64,000 bases of DNA from Parcubacteria group bacterium (GTDB taxonomy: Bacteria > Patescibacteriota > Minisyncoccia > Phycocordibacterales > UBA2135), in NCBI GenBank assembly GCA_016180525.1, contig JACPBB010000001.1:169180-233179 (forward strand). The letters run 5' to 3'. Shown here in pieces: positions 55,822 to 64,000 of the stretch (the first letter of the stretch is position 1; each line of letters begins with the position of its first letter). The notes under the pieces were generated by a model. That model ran no database searches. It was not told where the DNA came from and saw only the letters and a list, made by a program, of their open reading frames with translations. The position numbers and the translations under genes were made by a program.

Positions 55822-57111
55822 ATGCCTTCGCATGAGTATGATGTGGTGATTGTCGGTGGCGGAGTTACCGGCACTGCCCTTCTCTATGTGCTAAGCCTCT
55901 ATTCCGATATCAGAAACATCGCGCTTATTGAAAAAAATGCTTCTGTTGGAGAGGTCAATTCTCATCCTTTAAATAACGCGCAAACATCACACGATGGAGG
56001 AACTGAAACAAACTATCCCTTGGAACATGCGCTTCTAGTGCAAAAGGCAGCAAAGCTTCTGCGCGCGTATGTTGAAGCACGTAAGACAGAGGGTCTTTTC
56101 AAAAAGACACACAGAATGGTGCTTGGGGTTGGCGAAGATGAGACACGGGACCTGCGAGAAGAACGGTTCCCTAAATTCAAGCCACACTATCCTGACCTGC
56201 ATCTTGCGGAAAAAGATGAACTGCGTGTTATTGAGCCGAATGTCGTTCTCGGCAGAGATGAGAATGAAGCCATCTGTGCCATGGTAAGCTCGGAAGGATA
56301 TGCGGTTAATTACCAGCGTCTGTCGGAGTGTTTCCTTGAAGATGTGCGCGTTCATAACCCGTACGCGAAAGTGTTCTTTAACACGAAAATCAAACACATC
56401 AGGAAGGAAAACGGCGTGTTTACGCTTGAGACAAACACGGGGGTTTACAGAGCTTCCGTCGTGGTATGTGCCGCGGGAGCGTATTCGCTTCTCTTTGCAC
56501 AGGAGCTCGGCTATGGAATGCATTTGGGCATTTTGCCCGTTGCGGGCAGTTTCTACTCTTCAGGGCCCTTGCTCAAAGGAAAGGTGTATCGCGTACAGAT
56601 AGAAGGTATGCCATTTGCCGCAATCCACGGAGACCCCGATGTTTTAAATCAGGCTGACACGCGTTTTGGCCCAACGACAAAACCACTTCCGTTTATGGAA
56701 CGGCATCGTCCAAAAACATTTTTTGATTACGTGAAGCTTCCGATCGTCTCTTTGCGAGGGTTGTGGGTCCTCACAAAGCTTCTCATGAATAAAAAATTGT
56801 TGGGATATGTCTTTAAAAACGCTCTCTACGATCTGCCTGTCATTGGCCCATATCTTTTCTTGCGCGAGGCGCGGGTCATTGTACCCACGCTTACATATCA
56901 GAATTTGAAATTACGGAAGGGAGCCGGCGGTATCCGCCCGCAAATCGTAAATCTAGAAACGGGAGAGCTTGAGATGGGCGACAAAACGCTTGTAGGAGAA
57001 AATTGTATCTTCAATACTACCCCCTCACCCGGCGCATCCGTCTGTCTTGCAAACGCGCACCGCGACGCGAAACAGGTGGCAGCGTTTCTCGGTAAAAAAT
57101 ATTCTGCGTAA
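55822..57111 (+). CDS. mqo: malate:quinone oxidoreductase-like FAD-dependent oxidoreductase
   Basis: …YDVVIVGGGVTGTALL…NNAQTSHDGGTETNYP… and …FNTTPSPGAS… match the Mqo family, although the protein is short (429 aa). Confidence 0.65.
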   Translation: MPSHEYDVVIVGGGVTGTALLYVLSLYSDIRNIALIEKNASVGEVNSHPLNNAQTSHDGGTETNYPLEHALLVQKAAKLLRAYVEARKTEGLFKKTHRMVLGVGEDETRDLREERFPKFKPHYPDLHLAEKDELRVIEPNVVLGRDENEAICAMVSSEGYAVNYQRLSECFLEDVRVHNPYAKVFFNTKIKHIRKENGVFTLETNTGVYRASVVVCAAGAYSLLFAQELGYGMHLGILPVAGSFYSSGPLLKGKVYRVQIEGMPFAAIHGDPDVLNQADTRFGPTTKPLPFMERHRPKTFFDYVKLPIVSLRGLWVLTKLLMNKKLLGYVFKNALYDLPVIGPYLFLREARVIVPTLTYQNLKLRKGAGGIRPQIVNLETGELEMGDKTLVGENCIFNTTPSPGASVCLANAHRDAKQVAAFLGKKYSA

Positions 57112-57117
57112 AAAACT

Positions 57118-57153
57118 ACCCCGCTTTCGGCATAGCCGAGACGGGGTTTTTAT
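57118..57153 (+). terminator. Intrinsic terminator (nested hairpin ACCCCG…CGGGGT + TTTTTAT)
   Basis: Directly after the mqo-like stop. Confidence 0.65.
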
Positions 57154-57204
57154 ATTTTATACATAACATATAAAAAAGATCGGCGAAGCCGATCTAAACT
57201 ATGC

Positions 57205-57795
57205 TTATTTGGTTGAAAAATCTGGTTCAATGCTCGCGAAAACCCGCTTCTTAATACTCTCGTATAACCCTCGAATATAATAGAAGATTTTATTAAAGAC
57301 CTTAAATACAAAATCATCAATCAGCGTCCACAGAACGCTCCACGGCCAAAATGTCATCCATGTCACGATTTTCTCTTTATAGTCAAAAATGCTTGAACGA
57401 ATGAGGCGCTTCATTTCACTGTGCGTATTGGTTCTCTTCCAATTCTCAAGATTTTTCTCGTCCATATCACTATCCGAGAAGTGTTGTTTCTTTAATTCTT
57501 CATATTCTTCCTTCTTGTTCAAGAGATAAAAATACCATTTCAGCACCGACCAGACGGTGCCACACACCAGATAGCCACCAAAATACATAAAGATTGCGAA
57601 CGGATGATTTTTCAGATACGTAAACAGATGAAGGTCGCCCAAAAACTGCAAGAGCAAAAAGGTGCCAAGGAGAACAAAGATGCCGAGAAACGGCCGCTCG
57701 TTTTCGGTACACGCAAACAGTGCAATATTGGCAATAACGACTAGCGTCCAAAACCCAAACGACCCGAGCACAAACAAACCAAAAAACCATTCCAT
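57205..57795 (-). CDS. hypothetical membrane protein
   Basis: 196 aa, 4 TM helices. Confidence 0.5.
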   Translation of the reverse strand: MEWFFGLFVLGSFGFWTLVVIANIALFACTENERPFLGIFVLLGTFLLLQFLGDLHLFTYLKNHPFAIFMYFGGYLVCGTVWSVLKWYFYLLNKKEEYEELKKQHFSDSDMDEKNLENWKRTNTHSEMKRLIRSSIFDYKEKIVTWMTFWPWSVLWTLIDDFVFKVFNKIFYYIRGLYESIKKRVFASIEPDFSTK

Positions 57796-57917
57796 TCGCG
57801 CGCACTCCGACTGTGATGTCTAAGGAGACAGATTAATACTATAGATAAAAAAGACAACTTGCAAAATATTTTATTTATTGTATAAGATGTAGAGATACAA
57901 AACTGAGGCGGAGAATC

Positions 57918-58493
57918 GTGGGAGAAAAAATAAAGTCATTCTTTTTTCGTTTAGGATTATGTATTGTGGGAGCTGCCCTATTCGCCGCAGCCGGTATGTT
58001 TATTGGATACCGCCTATGGCACAAACCGCCCACCCCGCTTGAAAGAGGGGTAAGTCTTTTTATTGAGGAGGTCACCGACGGCGATACGATGGTTGTACGA
58101 ATGAGCGGTGAACGCATTAAAGTGCGCCTCATGGGGGTGGACACGCCGGAGACAGTGGATAAGCGAAAAGCGGAGCAGTGTTTTGGAAAACGAGCAAGTA
58201 TAGAAACAAAAAAATTTGAAGGACAAACGCTGCAATTTGAGTTCATTCCCCCTGAATGGCCAGCTGTAAAGAGAGACACTTATGGTCGTCCGCTTGTATA
58301 TCTCTACCTGCCAAACGGAGAGCTTTATAACGAAAAGCTCATTCGCGAAGGCCTTGCCCACGAGTATACCTACAAGGGCGGATATAAATATCGTCCGCAA
58401 TTGCAAGATGCTGAAAAAGACGCTCGCACACATAAGCGCGGAATGTGGAAAAGCACATCATGCGCAGAAGAATCTTCGCGAAAAAAGAAGTAA
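57918..58493 (+). CDS. thermonuclease (staphylococcal-nuclease family), membrane-anchored
   Basis: N-terminal TM helix, then …VTDGDTMVVRMSGERIKVRLMGVDTPE…DTYGRPLVYLYL…REGLA…, the SNase catalytic pattern. Confidence 0.85.
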   Translation: MGEKIKSFFFRLGLCIVGAALFAAAGMFIGYRLWHKPPTPLERGVSLFIEEVTDGDTMVVRMSGERIKVRLMGVDTPETVDKRKAEQCFGKRASIETKKFEGQTLQFEFIPPEWPAVKRDTYGRPLVYLYLPNGELYNEKLIREGLAHEYTYKGGYKYRPQLQDAEKDARTHKRGMWKSTSCAEESSRKKK

Positions 58494-58726
58494 TTAAGAA
58501 AAAATTCAAACCATCCTGAGCAGGTGGTTTTTCATTTGCCGAAAAAACCAATAAAATGAAAGTGTTTTTGGCAAACGAAAAGCCCCCCGAAGGGGGATTT
58601 TCGCAGACATTTGCGGTGTTCGGAAGAACTCCGGACACTCATGCCTCTATATTAGCAAAAGGGGTTCCAAATGTCAAGCGATTTGGGGACAACCAAAAAC
58701 TATACGTCCAAATCCCTAAATATACG

Positions 58727-61030
58727 CTACGGATTACGCCCTGCTCTAATTTCCCGTATAAAATACTCCCCCTGCTCTTTAAATTCCGGAAACAGCTCTA
58801 TTGCCATTTCAATTTGAGCTACCGCCTTATTTCGCTCACCCAACTCAAGATACGCAGCCGAGAGTGAAACATACGCTTCCAGATTTTGCGGTTCATTTTT
58901 AATTTGTTCCTCTCGAAATGTGATTAATTTATCAAATCTGCCAATACTTACATACGCATTTACGATGTCAGGATTTAATGAATAATCATCGCCGATAAAA
59001 CCTTTTAGCATCTCTTCCGCTTCTGTTGTTCGTCCTACTCGTATAAGCAGGGAAGCATATATTTTGAGGGCACGGTCATTATTTGGCTCAAGATCAAGAG
59101 CGCGCTTCGCCACCTCAAGCGCTTTTCCTGTGTTTCCCGTATTTAAATACGTGTTCGCGAGAAGATAATATATGTCTTGTTTTTTATCTGAAACAGTGAG
59201 TGCTTTTTCAAGTTCTATAATCGCTTCATCAAAAAGCCGATAGCGTATAAGAAGGGTTCCCAGAAAAATCCGCGGACGAAGATTCTCCGGAGTTTCTTCT
59301 ATTTGTTTTTTCATTTCGGTATTCGCAAGTGTAAAAAATTCCTGTCGCACTACCTGGGAAATGGGCGCATCAACCAGGTTGCCTGTAATCTGGGATAATT
59401 GCTCCCGTGTTTCTGCCCTCCCCAAAAAACCGCTTTCTATAGATTTTTGAAACGATTGGAAATTCCCTCGGAGAAGCATCTCTCTGCTCTCTGGCGCCCC
59501 AGCTTCTTGAGCGGCGCGCAAATCAATACCATGAAGTAACGCGCGATTTCCTAACATATGTTTAATGTTTCCAACATACAAAGATAAGACAAGCATAATT
59601 ACCGTAATCGGCCCCACGAAGCGATTCATGAATTCATTTCCGCTCAAATTCATTTTTACCCAGCTAAAATGATGAAGTGCAGATGGTTTAACGCCGGCAG
59701 AAGCCTGATGCACAAACGCAAGCATAGAGAAGAAAAATATGTAGCTGATCACATTATCAAATACGAAAAAATTGTGAAAAAGATACGCCCCGAATAACCC
59801 CGTAAGAATACTTTTTTCAAAGACAGAAAAATATTCCCCCTCTCCCGTTCTTTTTTGTTCTTCAATCTTTCTCAAACCCAAAGGATAAAACCAGAGCCCG
59901 TATATGAGGACAATAAAAATAGACAAATATGAGAGGAGCGCGAGGGCTCCGCCGGCAACAAGCCAGTCAACAAAAACATTATGAGCGCGGTCAAACCATG
60001 GCTCTTCGGTATACATTTTTGGATCATAGTGCTTGCCAAACGCTACAATAAAATTATCCTGCCCCCACCCGAGTAATGGATGCTCTTTTATCCCCTCCCA
60101 CGCAACGCCCCAAACCAAAAACCGCGATTTGCCCGCGTCAAGAGAGATCCCGGCAAGACGGTCAAGCGCCTGATTTTGTCTTACAAAATTAGTGTCTTTA
60201 ATTGCTATAAAAATACCCATGAGAAGAACAATGCCTCCCAAAACTCCTGCCGCATATTTTTTAAGCGTGGGAGCATGTTTCCCAAAAAAGATAAAAAGAA
60301 GCGCAGTCAATATCGTGCCGCCAATAAGAGCAAGAATCGCTCCGCGCGTCATTGTGTTGAAAAGCATAAACACATGAAGTGCGATTATTGCTCCATAAAG
60401 TCCTTTCAACCAATTCGGAATATTTTTTTGAGCAAGTAAAAATGCCGCGAAAAAAATGTGAAGCAAAAGATAGCCGGCAAGATACGTGGCGTTGCCAAGC
60501 GTTCCGTCAACCCGCACCCCGCCTTGGTTAATCACAATTTTCCCCGCAAGTTGCAAGATGCCGTAGAAAGACATAATGGCGCTTGCTCCAAGTGATGTTT
60601 GCAAAAACCGAGTCCAGAGCTGTTTCGTATTCATTACCGGGGCGGCGACAATAAAAAGCACAAACAAATGCAGAGTGGTAATGAACCCATCCATTCGCTC
60701 ATAATTTGACCAAAAACTGCGCAAAAAATCTTGTCCAAAAATATCAGCAACGAAGACTACGCCCACAAATGTCGCAAGCGCTGCGAAAATCCATGAAAAT
60801 TTTAAACGGTATTGAACATCACGAAACGCAAGCACGATCCAGCTTGCAAATATGATTTCAATAATAATTCTAAAAGCAAAATTCTTTCCGACAATAAACG
60901 GAAAGAACATTGATTTCGTAACGATAAACGGAATAAACGGAAGCAAAAAAATGCCGCCGATAATGACAGCCCTTAACCACCATTCTATGCCATATTTTGA
61001 ACGCATCTCACTACTATACAAAAAAGACAT
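58727..61030 (-). CDS. O-antigen ligase/polymerase (Wzy_C)-like polytopic membrane protein with C-terminal TPR repeats
   Basis: Start taken at MSFLYSSEMRSKYGIEWW (61030); ORF-track start 61213 would overlap ald. About 12 TM helices including …LGNATYLAGYLLLH…, C-terminal TPR-like repeats (…YYLLANTYLNTGNTGKALEVAKRALDLEPNN…). Confidence 0.7.
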   Translation of the reverse strand: MSFLYSSEMRSKYGIEWWLRAVIIGGIFLLPFIPFIVTKSMFFPFIVGKNFAFRIIIEIIFASWIVLAFRDVQYRLKFSWIFAALATFVGVVFVADIFGQDFLRSFWSNYERMDGFITTLHLFVLFIVAAPVMNTKQLWTRFLQTSLGASAIMSFYGILQLAGKIVINQGGVRVDGTLGNATYLAGYLLLHIFFAAFLLAQKNIPNWLKGLYGAIIALHVFMLFNTMTRGAILALIGGTILTALLFIFFGKHAPTLKKYAAGVLGGIVLLMGIFIAIKDTNFVRQNQALDRLAGISLDAGKSRFLVWGVAWEGIKEHPLLGWGQDNFIVAFGKHYDPKMYTEEPWFDRAHNVFVDWLVAGGALALLSYLSIFIVLIYGLWFYPLGLRKIEEQKRTGEGEYFSVFEKSILTGLFGAYLFHNFFVFDNVISYIFFFSMLAFVHQASAGVKPSALHHFSWVKMNLSGNEFMNRFVGPITVIMLVLSLYVGNIKHMLGNRALLHGIDLRAAQEAGAPESREMLLRGNFQSFQKSIESGFLGRAETREQLSQITGNLVDAPISQVVRQEFFTLANTEMKKQIEETPENLRPRIFLGTLLIRYRLFDEAIIELEKALTVSDKKQDIYYLLANTYLNTGNTGKALEVAKRALDLEPNNDRALKIYASLLIRVGRTTEAEEMLKGFIGDDYSLNPDIVNAYVSIGRFDKLITFREEQIKNEPQNLEAYVSLSAAYLELGERNKAVAQIEMAIELFPEFKEQGEYFIREIRAGRNP

Positions 61031-61118
61031 GAGTTGCGCAACGGAAATAGATTGACTTTCAGCATTTTTTTTCTTATACCTAATGTAGAAATGTTTTTTG
61101 TTGTTAAAGGAACCGCAG

Positions 61119-62276
61119 ATGATTATCGGCGTTTTGAAAGAGGTAAAAAAGGGAGAGCACCGAGTGGGACTTACTCCTGCGGGTGCGTCACTTTTAAAGC
61201 ATGGGGGGCACACGGTGCTTGTAGAAACTGGAGCCGGGGTTGGTTCTGGGTTTGAAGATATTCATTATAAAAATGCCGGGGCTTCCATATGTTTAAAGCC
61301 GATAGAGGTGGTGCACCGCGCTGATATGGTCATAAAGATAAAGGAGCCGATTCCTCAGGAATACAAGCTCCTAAAAATGTTGCGTGGGAAAATACTATTT
61401 ACTTATTTCCATCTTTCTGGGTCTCCGAAGCTGTTGACTAAAAAACTTTTGGAGCACAAAGTTACAGCGCTTGCATATGAAACAATTGAGGACGAAAGCG
61501 GCCACCTTCCGCTTCTTGCGCCCATGAGCTCTGTTGCTGGAGTGGCGGCAATTCAATACGCCACAGAGTATTTACAGAAAAAGTACGGCGGATGTGGAAT
61601 AACTCTGGGTAAAATCCCCAATACCGAACCTGCGCAGGTTGTAGTTGTAGGAGGAGGTGTCGCCGGAGTATCTGCTGCAAAAACCGCAGTAGGCATGGGA
61701 ACACAGGTAACGATTATTGAGCAACGGCAACAGAGGATATTTGAACTTAAAGAAATGTTTCAAGGGCGTGCCAAGATTTTTGACTCCCAAAAACATGGCA
61801 TAAACGAGTGTCTTCGAGACGCACACGTGCTTATTGGAGCAACACTCTCTTCTGGAGCTAAAGCGGAGTGTGTAATATCAAAAGAGCAAGTTCTTTTGAC
61901 AACGCCGGGAGCTGTTATTGTTGACATCTCAATTGACCAGGGCGGATGTATTTGGGGCTCATCTCCAACAACTCACGAAAAACCAACTTTTGTAAAGGAA
62001 GGACGAGTCTATTGCTGTGTTGCAAATATTCCCGGACAGTTCCCACGGCAATCAACGCCGGCGCTTACCGCAAAAACAATTTCATATATACAGACATTGG
62101 CAAACAATGATTTTTTGTTTTCTCTCAGAAAAGACCGTGGGCTTGCGAAGGGGTTGAGTACATTTGCCGGCTTTATTACAAACAAAGCGGTTGCGAGAGA
62201 CCTTAAGATGGAAAAAAATTACAAGGACCTGTGGTTTTTGTTGGAGGAAAGCCTCAGAAAGAGTATTGTTTCCTAG
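61119..62276 (+). CDS. ald: alanine dehydrogenase
   Basis: MIIGVLKEVKKGEHRVGLTPAGASLLKHGGHTVLVETGAG… and NAD-binding VVVVGGGVAGVSAA. Confidence 0.88.
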   Translation: MIIGVLKEVKKGEHRVGLTPAGASLLKHGGHTVLVETGAGVGSGFEDIHYKNAGASICLKPIEVVHRADMVIKIKEPIPQEYKLLKMLRGKILFTYFHLSGSPKLLTKKLLEHKVTALAYETIEDESGHLPLLAPMSSVAGVAAIQYATEYLQKKYGGCGITLGKIPNTEPAQVVVVGGGVAGVSAAKTAVGMGTQVTIIEQRQQRIFELKEMFQGRAKIFDSQKHGINECLRDAHVLIGATLSSGAKAECVISKEQVLLTTPGAVIVDISIDQGGCIWGSSPTTHEKPTFVKEGRVYCCVANIPGQFPRQSTPALTAKTISYIQTLANNDFLFSLRKDRGLAKGLSTFAGFITNKAVARDLKMEKNYKDLWFLLEESLRKSIVS

Positions 62277-62281
62277 CATAT

Positions 62282-62313
62282 AATCCGCGTATTTTCAAAA
62301 CGCGGATTTTTTT
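62282..62313. terminator. Bidirectional terminator (AATCCGCGT-loop-ACGCGGATT + TTTTT)
   Basis: Sits between the ald stop and the convergent cytidylyltransferase stop. Confidence 0.75.
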
Positions 62314-62740
62314 ATGCGTGATAATTTTTAAGTAACTCAGAGCTTGAGCGGATTTTTCCCCCGCCGACATTAAATATCATCTCTACTCCGAGTTTTTTAC
62401 AGATATCCGCCTCAGGTATGTCTTTTTCTTCTTTTCGATCTCCCCCGTTCGCAAAAATATGGGGGCGGAATTTTTCAATCGCCTCCACTACATCGTTGCG
62501 GTCGCTCTCCAATATAAAGACCTCGTCAACACATGAAAAGCCCGCTATAAGCTCCGCGCGCTCGTTTTGGTTCATAAACGCTTTACCCTTTTTTCGCATA
62601 AGCCACGCGTCACAGTTAAGCACGACGATGAGTTTCGTGCCCAATTTTTTCGCCGCATCGAACATGCGCAGGTGTCCAACGTGCACGGGGTCAAAACCCC
62701 CGCTTACCATCACCACTTTTCCTTTTTTTTGTACAGCCAT
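62312..62740 (-). CDS. cytidylyl/adenylyltransferase (RfaE domain II / HldE-C-like nucleotidyltransferase)
   Basis: HxGH motif VSGGFDPVHVGHLRM in a 142-aa cytidylyltransferase fold. Confidence 0.8.
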   Translation of the reverse strand: MAVQKKGKVVMVSGGFDPVHVGHLRMFDAAKKLGTKLIVVLNCDAWLMRKKGKAFMNQNERAELIAGFSCVDEVFILESDRNDVVEAIEKFRPHIFANGGDRKEEKDIPEADICKKLGVEMIFNVGGGKIRSSSELLKNYHA

Positions 62741-62749
62741 AGAAATGTA

Positions 62750-63817
62750 TTATTTATGTTTACGAAATTCTGCCGGCACGTTGTTCTCATAACGTCCATT
62801 TGTATATTCAAACGCGTCAGCAGAATTATATTTATATGTATAGTGAAGCATACGAGTAATTTTTGACCCATCCATCACAATTGGATATGAATAAAAACGC
62901 CATACACCACGAGAAGTTGGTACTTTGCCACGGGAAATATGCCAAAAAATGAAATATACCAATCTTACCATCCATGGATATACCCTTAAAACCCGCTTCC
63001 CCACCGCGCGAGCCATTTGTGGTGCCAAAACTGGGTCTCCGGGTGGTGTAATGTTAAAAATAGCATATCCGATAGGTGTATTCACTTCAAATGCAAAAAA
63101 AGAAATAATGTCTGTTACATCGTCTTCGTGTATAAATTGCCGCACCCACCATGGCGTTGCCGGCACAAATGAAACCATAAGTGAAATAATCTTATACAAT
63201 GAATCTCCTTTTAACTGACCGGAGAGCGCTGATTGCAGACCAAAACGCACCCGCATAAACCTTCCCCGCGGACCGGTAATCGCGGCTGGGCGAACAATAA
63301 AAACAGATTTATTTTTCTGACTTTCCTCCCAAGCATTTTTTAAAATCTCTTCAGCCTGTTTTTTTTCATACCCATAAGAATATTCCTCTTCCCGCATTCC
63401 ATCTTTTTCCATAAATCGATACTCTAGAGAGTTTGTATAATATGCGCCGTACACAGCTGCCGATGAAAAATAAATTAATTTTTTAACTGATGGTAGTTTT
63501 AGGGCAACATCAAATACATTGTGAGACCCCTCAACATTCCACCTGTATTGTTCACGCCTGTTTCCATATAATTCACGAATTTGCCATGCTGTATGAATCA
63601 CAACATCTGGATGTAACTCCTTTACTTTTTCTTGCCAATCCATGTCCGCAGTATTTGTTTGCATCCATATAATTTTTTTATTCTCTACAAGAAACTCTGG
63701 CCTCTTCTCTTTGTCAAGAGCAATAATTTTCTCTACATCGGTACGTTTTGAAAATTGGTCACACAGCATTGCGCCTACATAACCCGCAGCTCCCGTAATA
63801 AAAATTGTGTATTTCAT
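62750..63817 (-). CDS. NAD-dependent epimerase/dehydratase (extended SDR)
   Basis: ITGAAGYVG glycine motif, YxxxK …YGYEKKQAE…; start at MKYTIFITGAAGYVG. Confidence 0.8.
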   Translation of the reverse strand: MKYTIFITGAAGYVGAMLCDQFSKRTDVEKIIALDKEKRPEFLVENKKIIWMQTNTADMDWQEKVKELHPDVVIHTAWQIRELYGNRREQYRWNVEGSHNVFDVALKLPSVKKLIYFSSAAVYGAYYTNSLEYRFMEKDGMREEEYSYGYEKKQAEEILKNAWEESQKNKSVFIVRPAAITGPRGRFMRVRFGLQSALSGQLKGDSLYKIISLMVSFVPATPWWVRQFIHEDDVTDIISFFAFEVNTPIGYAIFNITPPGDPVLAPQMARAVGKRVLRVYPWMVRLVYFIFWHISRGKVPTSRGVWRFYSYPIVMDGSKITRMLHYTYKYNSADAFEYTNGRYENNVPAEFRKHK

Positions 63818-63841
63818 AATAACAATAACCCGAACAATCAA

Positions 63842-63960
63842 AATTATTTACTCGAAAATCCCGAATCAAATTGCAGTTTTATAATTCTTTTTAATGTCAT
63901 AATATTATTCGAGATTTTCGGGTGTATTTGTAGATTCGGGTTATTATTTGTTATCTTCCC
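63842..63960. promoter_or_regulatory. Nested imperfect inverted repeats upstream of the epimerase/cytidylyltransferase operon
   Basis: aataacaataacccgaa…ttcgggttattatttgttat (outer) and tcgaaaatcccgaa…ttcgagattttcggg (inner) bracket AT-rich -10-like boxes (tataat-like ttataattc, tcataatat). Confidence 0.35.
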
Positions 63961-64000
63961 GATCGCGAGAGAAGTGTTTTTATGGTTTTTAGAGCAATCA

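Noticed and set aside
58339-58638. 99-aa minus-strand ORF between the thermonuclease and the Wzy-like gene
   Set aside because: It spans a terminator hairpin (58583-58603) and intergenic DNA with no coding signal.
1-64000. CRISPR arrays, rRNA genes, transposases or IS elements
   Set aside because: No regularly spaced short direct repeats, no rRNA-like sequence and no transposase-like ORF were seen. The only long repeats are the two-copy direct repeat A and the three palindromic heptamer elements, neither of which is CRISPR-like.

Overview
This 64 kb window reads as a low-GC, gene-dense bacterial chromosome segment of the kind seen in reduced, likely symbiotic lineages (Patescibacteria/CPR-like). 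Most genes are core housekeeping. rpoB and rpoC lie side by side with no rplL/rplJ upstream. A ribosomal operon rpsP / KH-domain protein / trmD has no rimM. Other recognisable genes are leuS, rnr, pepA, truB, pcm, mpg, gdh, ychF, mnmA, mltG, ogt, ald, one tRNA-Glu(CUC), and an isocitrate-dehydrogenase plus malate:quinone-oxidoreductase pair. Strong intrinsic terminators follow almost every transcription unit, and Shine-Dalgarno sequences are weak or absent on many genes. Several things are not housekeeping. (1) An accessory island at about 22.1-28.4 kb has six genes in two convergent blocks: a 680-aa protein with a C-terminal metallophosphoesterase domain, a phage Gp37/Gp68 (DUF5131)-like Cys protein, a two-domain protein ending in a dCMP-deaminase fold, an EndoIII-like HhH-GPD protein with a 4-Cys iron-sulfur loop and a long N-terminal extension, a nucleoside 2-deoxyribosyltransferase-like protein and a HIT hydrolase. 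Each plus-strand gene has its own strong terminator. I read this as a candidate nucleobase/nucleotide salvage, modification or nucleotide-targeting defence system. (2) A three-gene locus at 40.4-43.6 kb has two paralogous small single-pass membrane proteins with C-terminal NPF/NPL motifs flanking an 831-aa secreted protein with seven tandem 4-Cys repeats and a long Gly/Pro/Phe/Gln-rich disordered tail. (3) leuS carries an inserted Nudix hydrolase domain. (4) A family of (TAGGCTT)n-loop-(GCCTAGN)n hairpin elements sits a few nt upstream of three minus-strand start codons, including the rpoB-rpoC junction. (5) Diverged 190-230 nt direct repeats flank a CrtI-family oxidoreductase gene. (6) A GIY-YIG nuclease gene next to rplU is interrupted by a +1 frameshift. 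(7) Perfect palindromes lie inside the mpg coding sequence. (8) About 900 bp upstream of rpoB is non-coding. (9) Several compositional islands (GC-rich small genes) stand out. No CRISPR array, rRNA or obvious transposase was seen.
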